Shown here piece by piece: positions 27,591-39,412 of a DNA stretch of 64,000 bases. The position numbers were made by a program, and so were the translations under genes. The DNA comes from Lytechinus pictus (taxonomy: Eukaryota): the NCBI RefSeq assembly GCF_037042905.1, contig NC_087251.1:434001-498000 (forward strand). The letters are read 5' to 3'. The notes below the pieces were generated by a model. That model worked only from the letters and a program-made list of their open reading frames with translations. It searched no databases and was not told the origin of the DNA. Position 1 is the first letter of the stretch, and each line of letters starts with the position of its first letter.

Positions 27591-28795
27591 TTAAGTATCA
27601 TCTAGATCGAAACTCTGTATAGGTATATCTACGATTTTCTTGAAGTCGACCATCATTTTATAACGGGTCGGATCAAGAACAACAATCGTATATTGTTGGA
27701 AGATATAGATATTCATAGCACAACAAAAATCAATTATTTCCACATCGAAAGTCTTAAAATATATTTTTATAGACAGAGGATATCTTTTAACTCGATATTC
27801 CATACTGAAATACTTTCATCTCATGTCGGATTGGATCACGAATAAGAAATTTTGCGACTTTTATTCCATAAAAAATGTTTTTTCGACTTTGTCGGGAAAT
27901 TAGTCATTTAATTTTTTCTGACAGAACATGGGTTCGTCCATATAGGGAAATATCAGTTATTTAAATCGTTTACACTCAAATTAAGTTTCAAATCATGCGC
28001 GATCGATCGTGAATTAATTTGAGATGTTTGTAACTCCATTTCATTTGCCTTTCCAATATTGTCAAGGAAAGTGTCATTTATGTTCTCAGAGAACATGAAT
28101 TCAGTCCTAAAGATATATGAAATTTATCTTAAATTGTTTGCACCTCAAAACAATCGATAATACATCAATCGGAAATGATGGCGAAAATCAAAGAACGACA
28201 GAGATATTCCATGCATCCAACAATCTAATGGTATCGGTTCGCGAAATACGCAGTAGCACCCATTCATCATGTTCATAATAAAATATAGAGGGTGAAGAGT
28301 TTCCTCATTTGAATAACCACATGCGGCACTAAAAAAAAAGGATCGTCACATCTATCAGTTCCCATTATTTGTATAAAGGCCCTATATAGTCTATTTATTC
28401 ACAAAATGTTGCTAAACTTAAAAAATAGACCTAAAATGATTCTGGGTTTATCAAATACTGCAGTATGAAAGTTACAATGAGTATCATACAGTTTCACTTT
28501 TTTTTCATAAGTAAGATGTTTTGTATGGGGATGTCATCTGTGGATCCCAAGCATTTTCTTTTTCTTCATTCAATGTTTTTTTATAAGAAAAAAATATATC
28601 GACAACTAAACCGCATATCCGGTTTTTCATTATTGTTCCTGCTCGAAATGATACAGAGCGATCAAAAGACGGCGTTTGTCTAGCTTTGAAAGTTAATGAT
28701 AATGGGCGATAATGTGCATTCGACCCTTAACGCCCCCGCAATCCCTCCCCCACTCTGCGTGTGGTCTTTAGTGTCACTAGGGAATTGTTAGCGCA

Positions 28796-29484
28796 CACAG
28801 CAAAAACTGTGGTGTTAACCGGTGTACATAGGACCACACCAGATATTTTACACCGGTGTTAAATTTGTGGTGTTAGTTTTACACCTATAGGCAGTAGAGG
28901 CGCACGGCCAATATTGGAGACTGTCTCCAATGTGAGAGATTATCTCCAATATCAGAGACTTTTGTAAAGAATTTGGGTATCCAATTTCAGAGACAGTCTC
29001 CAGTTTTGGAGACCTATTTCCTTTGTTTACATTTGCTGCAAAAGGATTACCTTGGCGGCAAATAAAAAAGTGATAAGGAGATTCATCATGAAAAATTACC
29101 CCTTTTCACCGTCTACTTTAAAAATTCACCGTCTACTTTTGTTTTGATAAGGATTTTTGTTGTCAATCACACACAAAACAAATGGGCTTCTGACCTCAGT
29201 GAGACAAAATTTTGGGTGGAAAAAATCATGCTTTTGTTGGTGTTGTTTCTTTTGTCCTTTTGCAAAGCAAGTCTCCAATGTGGGAGATTGTCTCCCCTAT
29301 TGGAGAAAGTCTCCCATATTGGCCGTGCGCCTCTACTGATAGGTGTTATTACAACACCTATGGTTGTTACATTTACACTCTTTGGTGTTATGTTCAATCT
29401 CTAGGGTGTTACTTTAACACCTCAGGGTGTGGTCCTCTATTAACACCAATTGGTGTCAGTTTTAACACCACAGTTTTTACAGTG
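28796..29484. mobile_element. EnSpm/CACTA-like MITE with 2-bp TSD
   Basis: CA|CACAGCAAAAACTGTGGTGTTAA...TTAACACCACAGTTTTTACAGTG|CA, with internal ACACC/GGTGT motifs. Confidence 0.8.
28892..29338. mobile_element. CAG-ended MITE with 5-bp TSD, nested in the EnSpm-like MITE
   Basis: Perfect TIR CAGTAGAGGCGCACGGCCAATAT, ATAGG on both sides. Confidence 0.9.
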
Positions 29485-29570
29485 CACTATGAGAAACTGG
29501 TGGATGAAAGGCTGATATCGGATTTAATCCCGTGCCTAGAAAGACAGTATTGAACATCCTTGATACTTAA

Positions 29571-30565
29571 GGTGACAGGTGCCCTAATTTTTTTTTTTTT
29601 TAATGATTTTATTTTTTTGGTCTCCTTTGCTAGTTTCATGTGTGTACTTCATCATGCAACTTTTTTTATCTCAATATTCTACCTCTTTTTTTAATAAGAG
29701 GGGGGTTAAAACATATTTTCATAAAATTCTCAAACCGGAAGTAGTATTTTACACACCGGAAGTGATTAAATCTGTCCCCAAAACCTTTGATACTGCCTTA
29801 AAAAAAAATCAGAAAATCCCCAGATTTTTTTTGGCTGAAGCCCCAGATATTCCATGTAGCAAAGTGGACTACCACCCTCTGTTGGCCAAATAGGGAGAGC
29901 TACTGTATTGCACAATATGGCAGCGACTACAAGTTACATACACTATGTGACAGACATGGCGCGTTACAAATGTCCGTTATTATTAGTATTATAGCCCTTT
30001 CTTTATCGTGATATTATACAAAATTGAGGTTTTTTTAATGAAAAATGTAATAACTCGAGTTCTAATCATTGGATTTGCATAAAATTTTGTAGAATTGTGT
30101 ATCTTGAAGAGTACAACAAAATAATGATAGTTTTTGTGCATGGTACCCCCACAGGTGGAGTTGTGTATAAAAGTCCTTTCTGAATTTCTCATTATCTGAC
30201 TGCTTGTTTAATCCATAATTTTTACAATTCTACTCTGAATATTTCTTAAAGCCATCATAAATTCATCACAAAGAAGTCAGAGAATGAAATTAATCCATCA
30301 AAACTTAAATTACACTCAATGTTGTGAAGTTATAACCATAGAAAGTTCATATAGAGAAAAATCATGATTTTTAAAGTCATGACTTTGAATGACCATATTT
30401 TGCTTATGCATAAAGCTAATATGCCACAGTGCAAATTTTTGTGTAGATCAGCTCATAAGCTTTCCAAAAATATATAGTTTGTTGGGGTACAGGTACTTAG
30501 TAAGAATCCTATGCTTGATTATATACCCGTAGTCGTTTCCGCACGGTAATAGGGCACCTGTCACC
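29571..30565 (+). mobile_element. Kolobok-type non-autonomous element, copy 1
   Basis: TTAA|GGTGACAGGTGCCCTA...TAGGGCACCTGTCACC|TTAA. Near-identical to 56293-57288. Confidence 0.92.
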
Positions 30566-30777
30566 TTAAAAGCACTGATTTTTATACCGAGACTCAAACC
30601 TCGGATACATTTGATCTACGGCAGCCGTAAAGCGAATCAAAACAGCCGTTTAATTATTACTTTTTAAATACACACCACCTATTTGCAGCTGGTTCAAAAA
30701 TGTTAAACGGCTGTTTTCGACTCGCCGTACAGCCGCCGTAGAGCAAATGTGACCGAGGTATAAATAGTAGTGCTGAT

Positions 30778-31065
30778 TAGTGGCGTACCTAGATTTTTCA
30801 AAGGGGGGGGGGGTGCAAATTCGTCCGCCCAAAAATTTGACAAGCAAAAAAAGGTCTTGAACCACAAGTAAATGACATTTCGCGCCAGAAAAAAAAAAAA
30901 GAAAAAAAAAAAAGGTCTTCACATTAGGAGAAGGGTCACTTATGGCTCGTCAGGGATCACTTTTGGCTCGTCAGGGGGGGGGGGGCAGGGATACGTCACT
31001 TGCATGTATTGTGACTCGTCAGGGGGGAAGTCTGCCCCCCCCCCCCCTTATTAGGTACGCTAATG
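30778..31065. mobile_element. hAT-type MITE with 8-bp TSD
   Basis: TAGTGGCGTACCTA...TAGGTACGCTAATG, GTGCTGAT on both sides. Confidence 0.85.
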
Positions 31066-33643
31066 GTGCTGATCGTTGACTTTGGCCGGCTTATTAGGTC
31101 CGGTAAGGGTCGAATATAAAAATTTAAACGTCTCAGATTAATTGAAAATCGTTCGGGACAGAAATTATTTCAAAATTGTTTTGATTTGGAAATTATATTG
31201 AAATAATTTAATTACCTTCTAGAATAAACTCTCTCCTAACCCCCCCCTAACCCTATAGTACAATTCACGTATCTTTTCAATTAAGTCAGAAATCTAAATC
31301 CTATATTGGATAATGGTCTCAACGTCTCAGATCAGCTCATGATCGATCAGAACATATTTTAAAATTGTTTTGAGGTGGAAATTATATAGAATTTATTTCA
31401 GATACCATAAACTCTTTCTCCTGAAATAAATATTATTCGCTTATCTTTCCAATAAAATCAGAAAGGGAAATACGTTGAAATAAAAGTACTCAACATCTTA
31501 GATTATAATGCACGATCGTTCGAGACGTATTTTTGAAATTGTTTTGAAGTGGAAATGATATATCATGAAATCAATTAAAACCTTCCAATGTAAACTCTTA
31601 TTCTCCTGAAAGAAATACAATTCGCGTATTTTTCCAATAAATTAAGTCCCACAGAAGCAGATTGCGTTCCCAATAATTTTCAAGAATCAAGAGTGCCTAC
31701 AATATCAAAAATTCAGCAAAAGTTGCCAAAAAAAAATAAATATACCCAAACAAATTATATGATGTCAGAAACAAAATCAAAATGTCAAGAACATCAAAAT
31801 AAAGAAACAGCAAAACAAAAATAACATAAAAGGAAGTATATCAAATCAACATAAAAAGTAAGGCAGCATGATGTCAAACAAAATAAAAAGAAGTAGACAT
31901 TTTGTTGATTTGCGATTTAGCGTGTTGAATGATTTGGCGTCATTATAATTCTCCAAAATTTAGTCTGCCGTTGCTATCAATGTTCGCACTAATTTAGTTA
32001 CATTCGGGCATCATATTCATATTGTCTCATTTTATCTGGCCTCTAAAAAATATTAATCTTCCCATGGCAAAGATGAATTGGCCTACCACTCTAGTTATAC
32101 GCTCTTGGCGGACATTATCCGGCGAGTTGGATGATATAGGCCTATTCATACCAAGATGTCTCAAACTATGGCCTTAATAGAGGTAAAAACTATGCATGGG
32201 CACCATTCGTGCAAATGCTCGATCATTAATATTCTTTTTAAACGAACGGTTGGTCTTGCGCTTCTTGATTTTCATGCTCAAGAATTAATTTTTGTTGTCA
32301 GTGCTAAGAAGCAATGTTGACGTTCGGATAAAACGGGATAAAATAGGCGTGTATGCAGTATCCATCTGTATCCGGCCCCAAAATCATACGTTAAAAAAAG
32401 TCAATAATTCAACTTATTTTTCAAGTGTGAATCTTCCGTGTCAATCTCAATTCGCAAGCTGCAACATTTTCGAAATCGGCAGTATTTCTATCGATGGTGA
32501 GAATTTTCAGTTCAGTTCGTTGACAACGGAAACTATCGAGAACCATCGACTTGTCGAGATCGAGAATTCTTGTCATATTCACATCGTGCGCACGTGGATG
32601 TTGATCTGTACTCGGTCGCCATGCAACACGATGTGGCCGAGCATATACTAGCTAGCTGTAGTCGTTTCTAATATAGAGCGTGCTTGCATGCATGCTTTGC
32701 TACGGACATAAAAGAGGAACGCCTTTCATTATCATGCTTTAAATAATAATAAATTGAAGTCAAACAGCACGACAAGTAGAACTAGCTAGTACAGGCACCA
32801 CGACGTATATGTTTACTCTTCATTCTGGGTCTTCACTCCAGAGCGAGCCGCGGAATTGAAGGCTAGCCATGGCCGGCGCGGGGTGAGATTGCCTTTGCGA
32901 ATTTTGATAGAAATGGGGAGCAGCGGCAGCGCTTGAGATATCTATGGCGCAGCTAGCGGCAGCGAGCTGCCGCTAGATACAGCGAGCTGGGGATTAAATC
33001 TATAATCAAATGGATTATAAAGTATGGCAGCGAGCGGCAGCAGGCATAGGGGGAGCTGCGAGAGCGGATGTGAGTTCTATTGTGCTTTAATTATCGCAGC
33101 TAGCTGCCGCTATTATCCCGTCTTAGAGTGTGCAGGCATACGCTCGCGGGGTGCATGCTGCCAATACAATATGGATGTTCTCCCTAATTCACCAGTTGTT
33201 CAGTAAAATTATCTTCATTTACATTGGAAATCAATGTACGATTATACAAAACTGGTAAAAGTTACTGGGTAAAATGAAAATGTGATAAGGAAGTTCCACG
33301 TGGGTGTTAGGGAGTTGAACATGCTAGACTCGTAAAACAGTCGTTTGTATGATTTTACAATATAACAGCTAAAAATCCTGATTATCCGGGAGATTTTGGC
33401 ATGGGATCGGGAGAACTGGAGATTGGATTGCAATCCAGTATTCTCCCGCAGGATCCGGGAGACCTGGAAGCTCTGAATATGGCCTGATTGAATGTGTAAA
33501 TCCTAGAACTACATAAAACTAGATCCAGCCTAGAGACAGTCAGCCTCAGGTTACTATGGTGTGCACATTCCATACCATTGTTGGATTGCTAATTAAAAGT
33601 AACCTTGATCTGCGGAAACCCAAATAAAAATATTTTTACTTAC

Positions 33644-33807
33644 TGCTTTCTTGCTGACAGCATTAAGGAATGGACGTGCATCTGGATGCTTGATGAGTTC
33701 CTTTAATAATGCTTCACACTTGTTGATCTGTGTTAGATCCCCTCGACCACGTCCACTGGATGATCTGCGATTCTTAGCTGATGGCCCTGATGAATCAGAA
33801 GCTGAAT
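33644..33807 (-). CDS. BAZ1A: Exon encoding the bromodomain N-terminal part (DSASDSSGPSAKNRRSSSGRGRGDLTQINKCEALLKELIKHPDARPFLNAVSKKA)
   Basis: Hand translation (missing from the ORF track). tttcag|AT acceptor (phase 1) and GCA|GTAAGT donor (phase 0). Helix Z/ZA loop resembles BAZ1A CEQLVVELVRHDDSWPFLKLVSK. Confidence 0.88.
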
Positions 33808-34462
33808 CTGAAAGGATTTATTTTTTATTATTGCATAGACTAGATATTTTAGCCAAAAAAATAGCACTTTTATCATGTACAGTCCACCCACCTTTTGTTA
33901 TTATCTAATAGAAAGACCACCGTACATTGATAAAAAAACATTCTGAGAGATGAGATGATACCATTCGTAGTAGTTTAATTGGCATCCACATTTCTCAAAT
34001 AATTTTAGAAAAATGAATGTCCGAGTGCTGTTGCCTCATTGACTTTAGTACAAGAGTGCAAATAGATAAATTTTTCAGGTTTCATTTACTGCTAAAATAA
34101 TTAAAACAAACCAAAAGTATAAGAAATTTATATCAAAGGAAGCATATCATCTCATCTCTCAAGATAAAGTAATAAATTGTTATCATTGAAGCATTGCCAT
34201 ATGTAATTCAGTAGATTTTATGATAGCCAGATTAGGAATTATTTAGTTTTTTTAATATGTCTTGTATAAATACTTCCTGTATACACTCTATGTGTGCTAG
34301 GAGGACAATGAAATCATGGTAAGATTGAATGAGAAAGTCAAATGTCTTGCTTGGAAAAATTGAAAAATCCTGAATTACATCACAATAATATTCCTTCTAT
34401 GAGTCCTAAGGGGAGCCATCCTAGGACCACAAAATAATGAAAGACATGATCATCACACTAAC

Positions 34463-34903
34463 CATCTGCATTCATGCTTCCATTAAGGGCTACTTTGAAA
34501 AGAGCCTTTCCAGAATTCCTTTTCTTCTGGACTTCCTCCTGCGATGACTCTGAGTCTGTAGAATCCATTCTAATACTTCGTTTCTGACCCCTCCTCTCCA
34601 AGGATGACCCCCGACCTCCCTTCTCTTGAAACTTTGACCTTCCTCTGGTTTCCAGGGATGATAAAGACTGTTGCCCTTTCTTATCTTGAGCGCTCTGCTG
34701 ACCTTTCTTTCCACTAGCACCCAAGACAGGTTCAGAATCTTTCTTGGAGGCTTTGGTTGACTGGCTTGGTTCTGGTGTATTCTGTCTGGATTGACGTCCC
34801 CTACTCTGAGACCGGCTCCTAGAACCAGTCTTCTCTTCAGCCTTGGGTTGACTTTTAGGATTCTCCTTCTTGGCAGGTTTAGAGGCAAACTTCTTAGCTG
34901 GTC
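34463..34903 (-). CDS. BAZ1A: Internal exon, K/S/R/Q-rich low-complexity linker (PAKKFASKPAKK...LNGSMNAD)
   Basis: Open frame. ctag|GA acceptor (phase 1) and ATG|GTTAGT donor (phase 1). 441 nt. Confidence 0.85.
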
Positions 34904-36311
34904 CTAGACAGGGGAGCAAGTATAATATCAAAACGGATTTATCATAAATATTTTGTAAAACACAAAACAATTAATATGACACTGCCTTCCAACACATTCC
35001 AAAAGTCCCTTTCCTCTTGCCTGCACAAAACATAATAAAATAGTCTTGTTAAAATATTGCAAAATATGGTGAAAGGTAGTGAAAAATGGGGGGGGGGATA
35101 AAATCATCAATATTCAGCATTCATGTTCTATCCAAAATCCTTTGTCAACAATGTTCGTTTTTATGTTGTTGTTTTCTTAATATCACCTTTATTCAAAACA
35201 AAACAAAGTTACAAACAATGAAAATAAGTCCAATTACTCTTTTTTAGGACGAAGCACAGGACTAATAAAAGAATTACAGATACACAATATATAACATATC
35301 ACAATCAAATTTACATTGATGAAACGATTATACATTGGTGATTGCAGAAAAGAAAATTGAAATAGATCAAGCACACACCCTTACAACAGAAATGGAGAGA
35401 AGATAGAGGGGAGAAAGAAAGAGTGAACTTGATGAAGAGAGATAGGAGGAAAAAAAAGTGTGACGAGTGAAAAAAAAGAGAAAAACGGGAAAAAAAGGAG
35501 AAGACGAGGGAGAAGACAAAGAAGGGGGAGGAGAAAGAAGAAAAAGAGGAATAAGAAGTAAGGGAGTGCAATACAAAGTTTTGTGAATGAGATATTGCAT
35601 TATTATCTAAAAGAGTCGTATCTGTCCATTGCGGCTCTGCCCTAGCATTGAAGATGACATATGACCCTACAAGAGCTAGTTTGCTTATCGTATGAATGGT
35701 GTCCTTACATACTCTACTATTTACAAAACGGAAAATCTTCTTAATCTGTTGTTTGTTTTCTTTAGTAATACACCTCGACTTCAAAACAAATCAACTGTGT
35801 TTCACAACTGGCTGCCCTAATGTCCTCATTAAGTTGTGCATATCGTTCTAGTTTCCTCACTCTAGCTTTTGGAATACTGGGCTAAAATGGTACTGTGAGC
35901 TCAGCCATTACTACTTTGGGTATATCGCTGAAAAAAAGTACCAATTCCGGCTTTTCAGTTGTCGGCATAATGTTGGGGGAATCGTTCCCCCCACCCACTC
36001 TAAAACCGGGAAGATCTGCAAATATTGTCACAGGAATCATGTTTGTTTCTATTTTTTCAATTCATTTGCAATATAATAATAATAATAATAATTATAACAT
36101 TTGTAGGGCGCTTAATACAGGTGTTTCTAAGCGCTCAGTTTTCTGCCTATCAACTAAATTACCGGGGAAAAAAAAAAAAAAAAAAAAAAAAAAAGAATAT
36201 ATATATATAACGCAATATGCTGTTGTGTCTATAGGTAATATTTATACAAAAAGATCCCTCTCTCCTTCACCCTACATGAAAGAAAATGAGGGAAATCCCA
36301 ATAATCTTAAC

Positions 36312-36660
36312 CCTAATCTCCCAGGATATTTCGATTCATATCAATCCCGGGAGGATTACATTTTAGCCTTTCATAAAGTAATTTTGTAGTAACTGACTAA
36401 ATCAGCTCCTAACATAGCATTCAGTGTAAATGTTGTTTATAGCATTCCTATCAGTTGTACTTAAGAAAAATTCCAGTATAAAAAACAATTTGTTTATGTA
36501 TTTCTTTGTTTTTTTATTTCATTTTTTTGTTGTTTTTTTTTGGACAAAATTTGGCATCATTGTTTTGTTCTTAAATAGTATCAAATTAAGTGACTTGAAA
36601 ATAATAGCAAAAATAATCACTCATGAATTTTAGCTGATTCTGATAGTCATGGATTAGGTT
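36312..36660. mobile_element. Degenerate piggyBac-like MITE
   Basis: TTAA|CCCTAATC...GATTAGGT|TTAT termini. Confidence 0.45.
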
Positions 36661-38192
36661 TATACCTGGGTCAAAGAGATTCGCTGAGACTTGGCCATCA
36701 TTACTCGATAGGTCTTTGCAGCCTGCCATGTGCGTACAGTACCAATGGGGCACGTACACGTATGAGCACAGAACCGGAACAAAATGTAGGCCTAGGCATA
36801 TCGTTGTAGGTCCTGATTAACAAGTTAATGATATTTTCAATATGATCTGGTGTTCAAGTTGACCTATTTCAAGACAGGTAACTAGGCCTAGTGTCTTATG
36901 CATCCAAGACACAATGCATCAAAAGAAAACATAATAGCAATTTTTTTCAAGTAGATTCTTAATTACTGTGATGCTGATAATTTATTTCTTCATTTTTGAT
37001 AATAGTTATAATTTATTTTCCATATAAACATGGATATCGTATCGTCGATGATGTAACCATCATCACAATAACTCTTAGTCATAAAATGATTTTTTTTATT
37101 TACATTATTTGAAAATGATTTGCGCATTGGTCCAGTTAATTTATGAATGTATAAGTTTATGTAAATTTAGATTTCCAATAGCAGCAACCATTCGATCGGC
37201 TGTTGAGTGATTATTATCCTAATTTATATTTATATTTATTTTGTTAATAACTGTGCCTGTGTCGATTGAATATTAATTTTATGGCAGAGTTCCAAACACT
37301 AGAGCCAGCCTCTGTATGTATATGAACAGATAAACACGCCTTTTGCAGATTCAGTTTTGTTTGTCAATTTAATACTGAATTTTATGTCAGTTTATTAAGG
37401 GGCAGCGGAATGATTTTGAAAGTGGAGGGCATACAATCATATCGTTTTGATGTAGGCCTATTTTTTATTTTCACTTAGGGGAGGAGCCCGGTCGCACCCA
37501 ATGCACTTTATTTTGATTGTGTTAAAGTGAATTTGCTTAATTGGGTGTGTATGTCATTTCACCCCACCCCCTAAAAAACAAATAAAAAAAGAACATTCTG
37601 ACTTAAAAAGAAGGGAAAACAAAAGTAAACTAGAACTGAACTTGTCACTGAGACAAATTAGGTGATACGCCATCAGCGCCATACAGACGCAGATACAATG
37701 GATGATTATATATGCAGTTGACTTTTAAACTTGGACTGGTAGGTTGCTCCCAAATATGATTATTATTGAGTAGACCAATTCCAACACTATACTTTTTCAA
37801 GGTCATCAACGTCAAATTGATATTCGAAAGTGTGAAAAATAACCCTAATTAGATTAGTGAAGATGACGTCGTACGATCTTGGTTTTATTACAAGAAATGA
37901 TTGTTTAGTCATGATCTATCCGCATACAAAATGTAGACGAATTTGGACCAGTAGTTGCACTCTTCATACAAAAAACGATATCTGAACTTTGACCCTCATT
38001 TTCATGGCAAAAATGGCCTCATATAATATTGAGGTTATTTCGACATATAATTGTGGGATCACGTTTTGGACGCCTACAAAATTCGGGCTCATTCAGACTA
38101 ATGGTTTGTGATATAGAAAACAATGCGATACTAGTATTTGAATTTTGATACTCATTTCCATACCCAAGGCCTTATATGAACTTGATGAAATT

Positions 38193-38965
38193 CAGACCTT
38201 CATTTTTGAGGAGCGCGATCCCGCCAGCGCTCCTACCGCGATCCTAAAAAAATAAGGAGAACGAAAAATCACGCTCTTTAAAAAAAAAAAAAATAGCCTT
38301 CACAAAAAGTTGCTGAAATTTCACATTTTACATCTTTATATTCACGAAATAGGCATCTGTTTTCCATAATTCCTTGAAATTATTTTGGTTTACTTGGAAA
38401 CTACCGAAAAAATGAAGAATATTCACCTCTTTCCCGAATCTGATTTGATTTTAAACTTGGTATACATGTATATTGTAGTCCCATATGTAGATTTTCATGG
38501 CAACACCATGGAAGTCTACATGAGGGACTACAATATTTACCGAGTGTAAATTCAAATAAGAGTCGGGAAAGAGGTGAATATTCTTCATTTTTCTGATAGT
38601 TTTCAACTAAATCAAAATAATTTCAAGGAATTATGGAAAATAGATGGCCATATCATGGATTTAAAGATGTAAAATTTGAAATTTTAGCAATTTTTTTGTA
38701 CAGTATTTTTTTTTTTTTTTTTAAGCAGGAGCGCGATATTTTGTAAACGTATTGACCCAGGTCTACTTTCACCACAGATTAAGTAATAGCTACACAGCTA
38801 TTGCATATACGATGTTAAGAAAAATCTACAATTTATCATACATGTATTGTATCGAATTGATTTGAGCTCCTCAAGGAGAGCGATTCTGAGGAGCTCAATT
38901 GAGCTCCTCAAAAAAAAAGGAGAGCGATTTATTGAGCTCCACAAAATTATAAACGTGAAGGACTG
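38193..38965. mobile_element. hAT-like element with 6-bp TSD containing a ~480-bp foldback
   Basis: TIR CAGACCTTCA / TGAAGGACTG, GAAATT on both sides. Subterminal GAGGAGC/GCTCCTC motifs. Confidence 0.8.
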
Positions 38966-39342
38966 GAAATTATCAGATATGATTGTCTGGGTATGTTCTA
39001 TATCCTTGCAAATTTTGGGCTCATTTGGATTTATGGTTTCTAAGACACAAAACAAAGGGAGATCTGAAATTTGACCATCATTTGCATACCCAAGATGGCC
39101 TTAGTATAGTACTTTAATTCATTAGCCATGTCAAGTCTGGATATGAGACTACTACAGAAGGAAGAGTTTGTCCTTTGAATGTCACACGTCAACTTTGAAT
39201 TCGATTGGGGATGGTTTGTACTTTTTGAAAAAACTTTAGTTGATTTTTTAAGATAATAAACATAATTTATAAGAGACTCAGCGAAATAACAACCAATTGA
39301 CGATATTTTAAACTATAATATACATTAAATATTAGCCAGACC

Positions 39343-39412
39343 CCCCACCACCAGGAATCGAACCCGGGGCCTCAGGGTTGGCAGGCAGATAGCTTGACCA
39401 CTATACTACAAA
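39343..39412 (-). pseudogene. tRNA-derived segment (Pol III A/B boxes), not a functional tRNA
   Basis: TAGTATAGTGG A-box, GGTTCGATTCC B-box and intact T-stem. Acceptor and anticodon stems do not pair. Confidence 0.6.

Larger units (their letters stand above)
21358..33184. mobile_element. Large PIF/Harbinger-like non-autonomous element (11.8 kb including nested TEs)
   Basis: 43-bp TIR (40/43) GGGAGCCCATCCATATTGTATTGGCAGCGTGCACCCCGCGAGC. TAA on both sides. GC-rich subterminal GCAGCTAGCGGC motifs. Confidence 0.88.
20384..33475 (-). mobile_element. hAT-like element (probable 6-bp TSD) with a transposase N-terminal remnant, inflated to 13 kb by nested insertions
   Basis: TIR CAGAGCTGCCA / TGGAAGCTCTG, flanks AATTGG vs AAT(A)TGG. 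MEIMEMESSKTKMTKYFSKYKDNFQAEWDCVT (~20900-20790) resembles hAT/ZNF862-like N-termini. Confidence 0.6.

Noticed and set aside
28796..29484. RAG/Transib-like transposon (CAC ends, sea-urchin context)
   Set aside because: The TSD is 2 bp rather than 5, there is no heptamer-spacer-nonamer layout and no RAG1/2-like coding sequence. It fits EnSpm/CACTA-like MITEs.
35311..35784. Hydrophobic F/S/L-rich ORFs as membrane proteins
   Set aside because: Reverse translation of a GA-rich low-complexity stretch.
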